64,000 bases of DNA, taken from a virus. Positions 37,380 to 47,480 of the stretch are shown piece after piece. Every line of letters starts with the position of its first letter. Position 1 is the stretch's first letter. The position numbers and the translations under genes are program-made. A model generated the notes under the pieces. It worked only from the letters and a program-made list of their open reading frames with translations. It did not search any database and was not told where the DNA came from. The stretch lies in the IMG/VR virus record IMGVR_UViG_3300021519_000916, positions 72,507 through 136,506 of that record; one strand, 5' to 3'.

Positions 37380-38436
37380 ATCCTGGTATCATCATGTTAA
37401 TTTGTTGTTCGTAGTAATCTTGGTCGGCCCACGTGTAGTCAAATGTTGCTGTTGTATCACCGGCTGTAATTTGATATATGTCAAGATAGTTACTCAGTAT
37501 AGGCCATACCATTTTAAAATCTCTTGTCCCAAAACTAGTTTGTAAATCAACTTGCCCAACTGGGTGATATCCATAGTTATATTTTGTATCTAGAGGATCA
37601 AATCCGTTGCGTACTAGCCATTCACGAAAGCCAGACATTTCTTTAGTGTGCCACGGATGCGGACCATTGAATACAACATCCTGTGCCCATTCTATATCAA
37701 ATTCCCCACTATATAAATGTAAATGAGTAATAGCATCGCACGTAGCATCATCAATATCTACCCCTTGTTCATCGCGGTATACTTCGTATAATGTCTTGCC
37801 AATCTGTGACCAATGCAAATACACTTCACCAAACTTTCTATCAAATCTAGTTTCATCAAACGTTGTTTTAAGTTCCGCAGGAAACTCTAACCGTTGTACA
37901 TTTAAAAATGTTGTAATTTGGCTTGGGCGCACCCATTCAGGCAATTCTCGTTGCTTACGCTGACTTAACATTAAACTCTCTGCTTCGTGGCATAGATTGT
38001 TTAATTGACGTATGGCAAATTTTGTTTGATAGTCTGCACGTTTGTACCAGTCGCTTAAATTCTCTACTGTTCCTTGTAAATGCTCAAACCTATTGTGTAA
38101 CAAATTCATAGCAGGTTGATTTGGTGCCAGAGTTTTACTATTACGCATAAAGTATGGAGTATATACTTCATCTATGTAATAATCTTCTTTATCAAAAAAA
38201 CTGTTGATTTGATTGCAGGCCCAGTTTAATTCGTCGCATATAAAATCAAGATTACGGGCACTATCTGGAAATCCTAAAAAGCAAAAGTTCTTCTCTAAAT
38301 ATTTATTTTGCCTAAGTATATCTTGTAGTGCTGTGTACCAATTATTGGCCATTGGTGTATCGTTGACATCAATTATGTAGGTGATCTGATCTTGTTTGTC
38401 TAAGGGGTTACGTAGTACAACATTAACGTGTTTCAT
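37360..38436 (-). CDS. Conserved hypothetical protein
   Basis: Coupled ORF; LH..FE...LN..CH..E, GKT motifs. Confidence 0.7.
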   Translation of the reverse strand: MKHVNVVLRNPLDKQDQITYIIDVNDTPMANNWYTALQDILRQNKYLEKNFCFLGFPDSARNLDFICDELNWACNQINSFFDKEDYYIDEVYTPYFMRNSKTLAPNQPAMNLLHNRFEHLQGTVENLSDWYKRADYQTKFAIRQLNNLCHEAESLMLSQRKQRELPEWVRPSQITTFLNVQRLEFPAELKTTFDETRFDRKFGEVYLHWSQIGKTLYEVYRDEQGVDIDDATCDAITHLHLYSGEFDIEWAQDVVFNGPHPWHTKEMSGFREWLVRNGFDPLDTKYNYGYHPVGQVDLQTSFGTRDFKMVWPILSNYLDIYQITAGDTTATFDYTWADQDYYEQQINMMIPGYDYSSR

Positions 38437-39722
38437 ATTGAGTTCCACCATTCTAAGACTTGCGGTCGTTCAGCTAATATATCACTCATAGTATATACAT
38501 CTTTACGTATTTGTTCAAGTTTTAAAATACGTTCTTTGCCACGTATCAACCCATCTTGATATTCATTGGGCCATTGTTCAGCAAAAGTAGGTCTAGTTTT
38601 AAGTTGTACCAGTATGTCATATAGAGCTCCTTTATCAATGGAGTGCTTAATTTCGTCTAGCCAAGGATGTAATATTTCCCGGGGTAGTGCCAGCGGTGAC
38701 ATAACAATATCCGGACTAAAACTAAACACTACTTTTGCCAGAACATCAACACCTAACTCTTGGGCGAGCGATTGTATTTTTTGTACTTCAAAGAGTCCCG
38801 GTGTAGTAAGAGTGAAGTCCATACGCATCTGGCGGCGGTGACGGCTGTGTTCAACTCCCTGACGGAAGTTTTCAAGCCACTGATCAAAATCAAGACCTGA
38901 TCTAATATACTCTCCAATTCTTCCCGTTCCGTCGATACTCGCGCAAATCTGCCAGTCACGAATCCCAGATAGTATGTCCCTGTACAAATTAATACCACGA
39001 TAATCAATCCTACTAAGATTTGTATTGTATCTAGCGTAAACATTTTGTCCGTCCCCAAGTTCGATAATACGTTTCATATACCGCCAATGCTGTTCGTACA
39101 TTAGAGGCTCACCACCTACCCAATACACCTCTTCGATTCGGTGCTCCTCAACAGCCTGGGCAAATTCTTGCTCAACTTGGGTATCTTGAAAACGTTCAAT
39201 GTCTTTTTTGATCTTGGGTATCATCCAGTTGTTTTTTGGATTAGAGTAGTCAATCATATCGTGCTGGCGTTGCTCACTTTCCCAGGCACTAGATAACATA
39301 TCACCACACATACGACATTTAAAATTACAGAGATTACTAAAACGATAATCCCAAGACACCGGCTTAACGGTTGTAAAACCATCACTAGTAGTATTTGCCA
39401 TTGCGTCTAAGTACTTATGCCCAAAGAGCTGGTTAAAATAACTACGGTAAACATCGGTATTCAACAGTTTATCATTACATACTTCGCACTCGGGTAATTT
39501 TTCGCCGGACATCATGCGTTTTCGTACGGAGCGCATATGGTCACCGTTCCAGTGTTCGTCCAGAGTGATAGGTATATACTTGCCAGAACCGGCGCTGGTG
39601 TCGATATACTGTTGAAAGTTTTGAGCAGGCTCCCGTGACGCACAACACATACGTCTTTCTGTTTGTGGACTCAAGTAAGTATGAGTCCACGGTGCCATGC
39701 ATAATGTAGCTGGCCTATCCAT
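38433..39722 (-). CDS. N-terminal twitch-domain radical SAM protein (paralog 6)
   Basis: CMAPW..CC..CEVC, then CNFKCRMC, GGEP, NTN. Confidence 0.88.
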   Translation of the reverse strand: MDRPATLCMAPWTHTYLSPQTERRMCCASREPAQNFQQYIDTSAGSGKYIPITLDEHWNGDHMRSVRKRMMSGEKLPECEVCNDKLLNTDVYRSYFNQLFGHKYLDAMANTTSDGFTTVKPVSWDYRFSNLCNFKCRMCGDMLSSAWESEQRQHDMIDYSNPKNNWMIPKIKKDIERFQDTQVEQEFAQAVEEHRIEEVYWVGGEPLMYEQHWRYMKRIIELGDGQNVYARYNTNLSRIDYRGINLYRDILSGIRDWQICASIDGTGRIGEYIRSGLDFDQWLENFRQGVEHSRHRRQMRMDFTLTTPGLFEVQKIQSLAQELGVDVLAKVVFSFSPDIVMSPLALPREILHPWLDEIKHSIDKGALYDILVQLKTRPTFAEQWPNEYQDGLIRGKERILKLEQIRKDVYTMSDILAERPQVLEWWNSI

Positions 39723-40668
39723 TTACAAATTCCAATATAGGATTAACGATATCATTAGTGAATCTACGATTCACTTCTTGTTCGTTGTAGAACCAATTAT
39801 GATTATGCTGTAGCTTTGACCATGTTGTGGCATCGTAGCCTGTTCCGTTATAATTCTTTACCTGTTTGTGTACTAGTTTAATTCTGTCACTTGCTGTATC
39901 GTAACTCTCATCAAACAAATTATCGTATGTGGTAAACCCAGCATCTTTAAGTAGTGCCAGGGTACCTCTACAACCTAGCATTAAAAATGGATGTTGCAAT
40001 GCCAGTGGCTTCATTGTTTTTTCTGTAACGAATATTGTGCCCGGTGTAGTAAACATCTGCGATTCAACTGCGACAGAAAGTTGTGTCTGGTTATACCAGG
40101 CTGGGTTTATATAACGATCCCACCGTTGTGCTGTGTTGCTGTCACCGGGCATTCTGATACCTCGCTCAACATAACTATAAAAACTATCTTCTAAAATATC
40201 ATCAAATACAGTAAGTATGTCGTCTCTAAAAGGTCTTACTAAATTCATCATTAGCAAGAACTTCTTTTTAAACTCTAGTTTCCTAGAAATAGTTTTGTAG
40301 TTATTAAGTTTATGTTCGTAATACCAAAAGTACATTGGTACTTCTATTATCCCTGCTGTTGGCTTTTTAGTCTTGGCACATATAAACTGTAATACATTTT
40401 CCTGCGAATGTGTCATACTAGGTTGCATCTCTTGAAGATTTTCAAATACTACCAAGTATCCAGCATCTATTAATTCGTCTATAACAACTTTGTTTTTATT
40501 ATTGTATTGATATGAATCGCTAACAAAGACCGTTGATGCTTTATCATATCTAGTATGTCTATCAAAAAACGAAAAAGTAAAGTGCTGGTCTATGATACTG
40601 CGAAAAGCCGGCAGAGTTAATTGCGTATAATTATCGTAGTCCCAAAATCCAACTAAGTTAACTTTCAT
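39715..40668 (-). CDS. Putative glycosyltransferase (TEK..KP family)
   Basis: VES...VTEKTMKP...PF...GFTTY..FDESYD. Confidence 0.5.
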   Translation of the reverse strand: MKVNLVGFWDYDNYTQLTLPAFRSIIDQHFTFSFFDRHTRYDKASTVFVSDSYQYNNKNKVVIDELIDAGYLVVFENLQEMQPSMTHSQENVLQFICAKTKKPTAGIIEVPMYFWYYEHKLNNYKTISRKLEFKKKFLLMMNLVRPFRDDILTVFDDILEDSFYSYVERGIRMPGDSNTAQRWDRYINPAWYNQTQLSVAVESQMFTTPGTIFVTEKTMKPLALQHPFLMLGCRGTLALLKDAGFTTYDNLFDESYDTASDRIKLVHKQVKNYNGTGYDATTWSKLQHNHNWFYNEQEVNRRFTNDIVNPILEFVNG

Positions 40669-41875
40669 AACCCATGGCCTTTGCTATTTCTGGATGTGTA
40701 GTTACCAGGCTTTGTTTTCTAAATTCATCAGATCTTTTCATTTCAAATAAAAACTTACTGCCATCGCCGGTATTACCATTTTTAATAAACTGCACAATGC
40801 GATCAATTTCTAATTTGTGTTTAGGTACAAAGTTACCGGACTCTAATTTTGCTATAACTAAATCTTTTGCCGCTTGTGTCATTGTTCCAATGTTTTGATG
40901 TTTTGGATCATGTAACATATTGAAGTAATCGTAATTGAAATTTTGTCGTGATACCCACTGACATAGTTCTTCTAAGTAATAAACATTTTGTGTATTAATA
41001 GTCATGCATACCTGTGTAGTTATATTAGTCACACTATTACGCAATGCTTGAAACTTTGCTATGTTTGTTTCTACTTCGTCCCACTTGGCACCAAATCGTT
41101 CGTATTCAAATCGTGCGCCCACATTGTCAATACTAAATGCTATTTCAACATACTTAAACTCTTGCCATAAGTGTATATACTTGTCGGGCCATTGTGTGCC
41201 ATTGGTGTTGTAGTGTATTTCTATGTTTTTACTGTATCCTTGATCCACAGCATATTGTAGTAGCTCAAAGTGCTCGGGAATCATAAACGGTTCACCACCA
41301 GTGAATTCAAAGTAACGAACTTGGGGTAGCATCTCTTTCATGTCGTTCCAAAACGTGTCGCTATTTTTATTGCGTGGCCATTGCCCTTGCTGTAACCAAG
41401 TGTAGGCTATGTGTTGCTTACGATCAGGAACGTGTTTGATATAGCCCATTTCTTCTTGAGCCCATGAACTACTGGACCATGATCCGCATATACGACATTT
41501 TAAATTGCAAATATTACCTAATTTTAAATCAACAAACCAAAGTTGATCCGGGTTATCGTTTGCAAAATCTACATTGACTATTTCGTGCTTGAATCTAACT
41601 TGCGTGTGCATACGTTTACTAGTACGGCCAGCATCTTCTTCTTCCCAACATCTTTTGCACGTTTCTGGTTTTTCTCCGGCACGGAATTGTTTACGTAGAT
41701 CTTGCATATACTCACTACGATATATAGTACTCAATGTATCTACGTTTAGGTCGTACTTCTCACCATTGGGCTTGGTGATTTCATCTGTGGCTAAACAGCA
41801 AGGACGTACAGATCCAATTGGACTAGTTTCTATACTAATCCACGGTAACATACAAATTGTCTTAGGTAGGGGCAT
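40658..41875 (-). CDS. N-terminal twitch-domain radical SAM protein (paralog 5)
   Basis: CMLPW..PCC..CKRC, CNLKCRIC, TGGEP. Confidence 0.88.
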   Translation of the reverse strand: MPLPKTICMLPWISIETSPIGSVRPCCLATDEITKPNGEKYDLNVDTLSTIYRSEYMQDLRKQFRAGEKPETCKRCWEEEDAGRTSKRMHTQVRFKHEIVNVDFANDNPDQLWFVDLKLGNICNLKCRICGSWSSSSWAQEEMGYIKHVPDRKQHIAYTWLQQGQWPRNKNSDTFWNDMKEMLPQVRYFEFTGGEPFMIPEHFELLQYAVDQGYSKNIEIHYNTNGTQWPDKYIHLWQEFKYVEIAFSIDNVGARFEYERFGAKWDEVETNIAKFQALRNSVTNITTQVCMTINTQNVYYLEELCQWVSRQNFNYDYFNMLHDPKHQNIGTMTQAAKDLVIAKLESGNFVPKHKLEIDRIVQFIKNGNTGDGSKFLFEMKRSDEFRKQSLVTTHPEIAKAMGYES

Positions 41876-43178
41876 ATTTTTTTAGGTCAGTTAGTTCGGG
41901 GAATACTTTAAAGAAATCTTCGTTACGTACTCTGTCTATAGTATTATTATTTCTAAAGAAGTCCGGTAATTGATTGGTGCTATCCTGTTGCATCATAAAA
42001 TTAATAACACCCTTGTATCCACTGGTTGCCCGTGTCAACGAATCCAAGGGCTCTAACCAATTGATATGTTCTTCTAGTTTGGCTTTTGCTTGTTCTTTTA
42101 GGTGTTGTGGTAACACGTCAACTCGATATCGGAACGGGTGCTGTAGTATATTAATGTTCCAGTCCATTGGACGTAGTAAGCCAAGTTCAACCCACTCTCT
42201 ATGAAAGTCTGTGATGTGTAATACATTCATCATGCTAACTGTGCTACTAACATAGAAATCAACGTTGGGACAAATCTCCAACATGCGTTCTCTATTTTCC
42301 ACAGTTTCTTTCCAGTCTTGCCCTTTGCGTATATATTCCCCACGAGTATAGCTACCATCTAAACTGGCACCCACACTAACACAGTCAAACAGTTTCCACA
42401 TTTCAAGTACATCGCGACCTTTAAATTTAAGTTCGCTAAAGTTTGTATTATAAATTAAACGAACATGAAACATTTCTCGTTTAACTAACTCATCTAATAC
42501 TTTCCAATGTTCTTTCATAATAAGTGGTTCACCACCTGCCCAGTATATCTGTTCAAGGTGAGGAATATGCTCTTGCATCTGTTCCCACATATCATTTTCG
42601 TTCTTGCCAGCATACATAACCATTGGGTGCTTAGGATCCCATCCTGCGGCCTTTTCGTCTTTATACCAATTGCTACTAAAGATACTGCCACAGGTACGAC
42701 ATGCAAAATTACATAAGTTACTAAAACGAATATCGTAGTAACGTAATTTAAAATCATCGTATTGTCCATCAGGCTTAGTATCATCTACTAACCCAACTAA
42801 GTGACCAAAGTTTTTATTACTACTCTCTCGCATACTGAATAAATTACTTTGTTCCTGCTCGTAACATTTAGTACACTCTTTGCAAGGCTTGTTATCAAGC
42901 ATATTAGCCCGCATTTGTTTTAGCGGATCTTGATTCCATATCTCTCGCATGGTGTTCTTTTTTAAGTCACCAATTGGATGCTGTGGTTCACTTAAACAAC
43001 ACGGATATGCACGACCATCAGGAAAGCCATGCATATGAATCCACGGGATCATACAAAATTGGTCGCTTTTAATTAGCCTATTAAGTTGATCGGGTCGTAG
43101 GTCTTCTTCCTTGATGTATACCGGTTTGCGGGCACCGTAGTTATAGTTCTTATAATAATTTTCTATCTTATCTGTCAT
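41862..43178 (-). CDS. N-terminal twitch-domain radical SAM protein (paralog 4)
   Basis: CMIPW..PCC..CTKC, CNFACRTC, AGGEP. Confidence 0.88.
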   Translation of the reverse strand: MTDKIENYYKNYNYGARKPVYIKEEDLRPDQLNRLIKSDQFCMIPWIHMHGFPDGRAYPCCLSEPQHPIGDLKKNTMREIWNQDPLKQMRANMLDNKPCKECTKCYEQEQSNLFSMRESSNKNFGHLVGLVDDTKPDGQYDDFKLRYYDIRFSNLCNFACRTCGSIFSSNWYKDEKAAGWDPKHPMVMYAGKNENDMWEQMQEHIPHLEQIYWAGGEPLIMKEHWKVLDELVKREMFHVRLIYNTNFSELKFKGRDVLEMWKLFDCVSVGASLDGSYTRGEYIRKGQDWKETVENRERMLEICPNVDFYVSSTVSMMNVLHITDFHREWVELGLLRPMDWNINILQHPFRYRVDVLPQHLKEQAKAKLEEHINWLEPLDSLTRATSGYKGVINFMMQQDSTNQLPDFFRNNNTIDRVRNEDFFKVFPELTDLKKYAPT

Positions 43179-44524
43179 AATGAATTGTACCAACTTTCTA
43201 ATCTAGGAAATGTTTTCACAAAGTTTTTATTTCGCCGTTGATCGTACTGTACATAAAACTTTTTAAAGTCTTGCTGTAACATTGATTGTTCTGCTGATCC
43301 GGTGTGTGGAGTTTTAACTACATCAAGATAATCAATAAGTCGTTGTAGTTGGTTAAGTTCCATTTGATGTAGGAACTCGTTATCCTTATTGGCATCAAAC
43401 CAAACTTGTAAATTATTTTTGTATTCTGTGCGTATATCGTCGGGTAATACCAAGGGACTTTGGAAACTAGGAAAACGCAATATGTTTAAAGAAAAATTAG
43501 GAAAGTCATTTCCATTCTCTTGTTTCCACTGTACTATAATATTGAGTAATGTAGGCAAGCTATCCAGACACAATGCGTTAATGGTACACATAACATGTAG
43601 GCCGCGCAATTGATTACTTTGCATTAGCTTCTCCATATTATCTGCCCAATCTTGCCATACTAAGCCATCACGTATATACTCGGCCTGTAATCCTGATGCT
43701 TCGTTGCTGGTGTATAAATCAAATTCAACGTCACGAGTATTTTTAAGTAGTCTATCTACATCAACGTCGGTTCCAAGATTACTATTAATTGCTAGACGTG
43801 TATTACTACGACCCTTATTGGTTTTAAACCAGTCCAATAATTTCCACGTGTGTCCCGACATTAGCGGCTCACCACCTGTGATTCTTAATTCTTGCAATGT
43901 CTTATGTAAGTCGGATTCCCACCATTTAAAGAACGCTTCGATGTAGGGGTTAACTTCGTTTATCTTAAAGAGCTGACTGCTATCATGTGGATGGGTAAAG
44001 TGATTACGGCCATCTGACACTAACTCTGTGTATGGTCCGTTTTGTTTAATATCTTTTACCCAGGTAGTTGAGAAAGCTGGGTTACAATAACTACAAGCAA
44101 ACTGACAGGTACGATCAAACGCAATTTCTAAAGTTTTAAGATTAAAATCTTTGCTTGCTGGTGTGCGGTATGCTTCTTGTAAATCTTTGTCATCATATAT
44201 AACTGTCTTATACACTCTGTCACTTATATTGTCTCTTCCGATATCTTCGATCTTCCAACAATATTCACATCCGCTAGGTCGTTCACCCTTTTGCATTTGC
44301 TCACGTTCCATCTTTTTACGTTGAGTATTGTGTAATGCACTTGGATTGCTTTTAATGGCATCAATGTCTATCGCGTGTGGCAATGGATGATGGCAACTGG
44401 TCGTCTGACCAGATCCTAACCATATAGTGGCATTGTACCATTTGGCCGCGCAGAAACTATTAGATTTAACATCTATTACTCTACGTTTATACTCTAGGTC
44501 GGTTTCGTTATTAAGTCTCGGCAT
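43175..44524 (-). CDS. N-terminal twitch-domain radical SAM protein (paralog 3)
   Basis: CAAKW..SCHHP..CEYC, CQFACSYC, TGGEP. Confidence 0.88.
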   Translation of the reverse strand: MPRLNNETDLEYKRRVIDVKSNSFCAAKWYNATIWLGSGQTTSCHHPLPHAIDIDAIKSNPSALHNTQRKKMEREQMQKGERPSGCEYCWKIEDIGRDNISDRVYKTVIYDDKDLQEAYRTPASKDFNLKTLEIAFDRTCQFACSYCNPAFSTTWVKDIKQNGPYTELVSDGRNHFTHPHDSSQLFKINEVNPYIEAFFKWWESDLHKTLQELRITGGEPLMSGHTWKLLDWFKTNKGRSNTRLAINSNLGTDVDVDRLLKNTRDVEFDLYTSNEASGLQAEYIRDGLVWQDWADNMEKLMQSNQLRGLHVMCTINALCLDSLPTLLNIIVQWKQENGNDFPNFSLNILRFPSFQSPLVLPDDIRTEYKNNLQVWFDANKDNEFLHQMELNQLQRLIDYLDVVKTPHTGSAEQSMLQQDFKKFYVQYDQRRNKNFVKTFPRLESWYNSL

Positions 44525-45972
44525 TGTTCTAATTCCGGTATATAGTCCACTAGTATAACATCTCTTGATGCATCTAGTCTATCATTAAATTCAAAAAACT
44601 GTGTTAGCTGTAAAATATTTGTGTCTGAATTTTCCATTTGCGTAATTGCACTATCAATTTGACTCTTAAAAACTTCATCCTTTTGGTATGTTTGTAATTC
44701 TTTTATCTTAGTCAAATTTGTAACAGCCAATTTCTTGTTGGGGAAGTTCCAGGGACGTTGACTAATTGGATCTATTAGAAAACTAATATCGTATCTAGAT
44801 GCTGGATAGGTATTTTCTAAAAACTCAAATATTGAATATAGCTGTCCTACGTTGTATATAGAAACAACCGTATTAAAGGTAATTTTTCCATTGGTGATAT
44901 CATATAATGTTTTTATGTTTCTAGTGAACTTATCCCACTTAATTGGCCATCGTATATATTGGTTAGTATTGCCATATCCATCAATACTAATTTCAAATTT
45001 TAGATTTGAAAACTGTTTTACCAATGTTATAAACTTATCACTAACCACAGCGGCATTGGTATTGATAACTATTTCAAAATCTGTTTTGTTTGCGTTTATA
45101 CATTTTTGTAAAAAATCCACCAATGTGTTCTGTATAGTTGGCTCGCCGCCTGATACATATATACGCTGTACTGTTTCTAAGTTAATTATATCGTAATTGG
45201 TTTTTGGTGTATAACCAACATCGTGCCCTATTAGATTTATCTTAAAATACTCTCGTGCAATTAGATTACTAGTGTATGGGTTACAACTACGACACAATGC
45301 GTTACATTCGTTATTAAGTCTAATATCATAATCAACTATGGATTGCTGTATTATGTCGTCTGGTGATTTTAAATTTAATTTGTTGGCCCAATTAATGGTA
45401 TACGTCTGGCGTGGACTAATTACGCCCTGGTCGTCAAGATTATAACAATATTCACAGGTACTTGCCCGGACACCATCAATCATTTGTTGTTTAACTGCAT
45501 CAATATCTATCGTGGTCGTTTGAAGGAATTTATTGTTTTCCATAAAACAACAACTTTTAATTTTATCTTCTTTTTTAAATACTGACACAAACGGCATGGC
45601 ACATATACTTTTGTTTGTTGTTACCAATTGTCTAGCAGGATTACTCATTTTAGGATTTATAAAATCCACCGTTGCTATACGTTCAACCCCGTGTGCTAAA
45701 TTAATAGTAGTATAATAATCATTGATATCTTTGTATGCTGTGGCTGGTATATCAAGTACCGTTATTAAAACATCATTAAAATTTATCACATCTTTTAATT
45801 CTTGTAACTTGATATCGTATATACTTGTATGATATACGCCCGATGCTAATATGGTATTGTTGTCAAATACGCCGTGATACTTTAACCCATGCAGCTGGGC
45901 AATATCTTGCGCCAACACATCGGCATACTCAGTACCATCCCCGATACATATAATAAATTTATCGTTGAGCAT
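44494..45972 (-). CDS. Twitch radical SAM protein with extra N-terminal domain (paralog 2)
   Basis: CAMPF..SCC..CEYC, CNALCRSC, SGGEP. Confidence 0.85.
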   Translation of the reverse strand: MLNDKFIICIGDGTEYADVLAQDIAQLHGLKYHGVFDNNTILASGVYHTSIYDIKLQELKDVINFNDVLITVLDIPATAYKDINDYYTTINLAHGVERIATVDFINPKMSNPARQLVTTNKSICAMPFVSVFKKEDKIKSCCFMENNKFLQTTTIDIDAVKQQMIDGVRASTCEYCYNLDDQGVISPRQTYTINWANKLNLKSPDDIIQQSIVDYDIRLNNECNALCRSCNPYTSNLIAREYFKINLIGHDVGYTPKTNYDIINLETVQRIYVSGGEPTIQNTLVDFLQKCINANKTDFEIVINTNAAVVSDKFITLVKQFSNLKFEISIDGYGNTNQYIRWPIKWDKFTRNIKTLYDITNGKITFNTVVSIYNVGQLYSIFEFLENTYPASRYDISFLIDPISQRPWNFPNKKLAVTNLTKIKELQTYQKDEVFKSQIDSAITQMENSDTNILQLTQFFEFNDRLDASRDVILVDYIPELEQCRDLITKPT

Positions 45973-47344
45973 GATATTTACATTCGTCCCAAAACTCTTT
46001 CATCTGTGGGAAAGTTTCTAAAAAATTAGTATTGCGTCGGAAGTCGTGTTCATTAAAGAAACGATAAAAATCTGCACGTTGTGACTTAATATAAGAAGGA
46101 TCTAACTTTTGGCCTTCTTTCATCCAATCAATATCTCTACGCATACGTTGTACTTCGTAATCTTTGAAGCCGTGAAACGGATCTTCGGGAGTTTCTAAAT
46201 GCAACTCCATCCAATCCGCTACACGTTCTAATACACCAATATACACAGGCGGAAGTATTTGTAAACTTTGCCACTTAGGTTGTCGTAACAACGGAGTATC
46301 GAACCAAACACGCTGATAGGTTGTGCTGTGTGTTCTACGTAAACTTAGGATATAATCTAATTGCTGTTGTAACCCAAGCACCGATAAATTATTCATTGTA
46401 ATAATAAATGTAAGACTATTACGATAAGGAACTTCAGTTAAGTAACGGTCAACGTAAGTAAACAACCGATGAAAAGCTAACCCATGTCTAATATATTCGG
46501 CATGGGCAGGAATACCCGAGTCTAAACTAACATACTGCATAAAATGTTCAATTTGTGTATTACATAGGTTTTTTACATAACCTAGATACTTTTCAAACAA
46601 TACAGGTTCTACACTAAAATTACTGGTTACATCTAAGTGCAATTCGGGATTAGGTAATGCTAATACATAATCAAATACTCGGTACGTGTTCTTATCCATT
46701 AGCGGTTCCCCGCCGGTCATACGAAAGTGTTTTAGTTTTGGATAAAGGGTCGGAAACCAGGCCCAAAATGCATCAACGTAAGGATTATGTTGGGAATGTG
46801 GAATAGGACGATTACGACCAACAAAATGACTGGGATCGTTATGAGTTGTACTCGTCGGGAATCCCCCAAACTTGTCCACTTCTCCTTGCCAGCTCGAACT
46901 AAACTGGGGACTGCAATAACTACATTTAAGATTACACGCATGGTTAAAGTTAACCTCGACGTATGACGGAATAACGTCCTCTTCATTTCCGGTGCTTGAT
47001 CGAATAAGTTCATAATCTCCAGCCGCCCACGGCTCTCCTGATCTATAATGTCTATCGCTTAGGTTACCTAAGTCCTCTTGTGTCCAACAATAGCTACACT
47101 CCTGGGGTCTTTCATCCTTTAACATAATAACACGTTGCGCTTTCTTGTGCTCTGTGTTATGTAGTGCTCCAGGATTATCTTTTAATATACTTGCATCAAT
47201 TTGATGTAAGGGAGGATGGTAACAGCTATTATTTAACCCCGTGGGCAAATGCAGACTCACTTGTTTCCACTTGGCCAAACATAGACCCTTGCCAAGTTTA
47301 GCCTTCATTTGCTCTGCAGCCAACATAAAATCGCTTTTACTCAT
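45959..47344 (-). CDS. N-terminal twitch-domain radical SAM protein (paralog 1)
   Basis: CLAKW..SCYHP..CSYC, CNLKCSYC, TGGEP. Confidence 0.88.
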   Translation of the reverse strand: MSKSDFMLAAEQMKAKLGKGLCLAKWKQVSLHLPTGLNNSCYHPPLHQIDASILKDNPGALHNTEHKKAQRVIMLKDERPQECSYCWTQEDLGNLSDRHYRSGEPWAAGDYELIRSSTGNEEDVIPSYVEVNFNHACNLKCSYCSPQFSSSWQGEVDKFGGFPTSTTHNDPSHFVGRNRPIPHSQHNPYVDAFWAWFPTLYPKLKHFRMTGGEPLMDKNTYRVFDYVLALPNPELHLDVTSNFSVEPVLFEKYLGYVKNLCNTQIEHFMQYVSLDSGIPAHAEYIRHGLAFHRLFTYVDRYLTEVPYRNSLTFIITMNNLSVLGLQQQLDYILSLRRTHSTTYQRVWFDTPLLRQPKWQSLQILPPVYIGVLERVADWMELHLETPEDPFHGFKDYEVQRMRRDIDWMKEGQKLDPSYIKSQRADFYRFFNEHDFRRNTNFLETFPQMKEFWDECKYHAQR

Positions 47345-47480
47345 GTGATCCTTGTTGCTATTAATTTTGCGTAGGCTTCATTTGCCTGCTCGTTAATGTA
47401 CACTTAGTTATTTCTTGGAGATAATAAGGCCACGAGTCTGCACCCCTGCTCATTGATGATCCGTTTACTAGTATATTCAT
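47341..47480 (-). pseudogene. Internally deleted SGNH-like gene remnant
   Basis: MNILVNGSSMSRGADSWPYYLQ start, and in another frame NEQANEAYAKLIATRIT-stop; 140 nt; both ends keep ATGA coupling. Confidence 0.6.
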
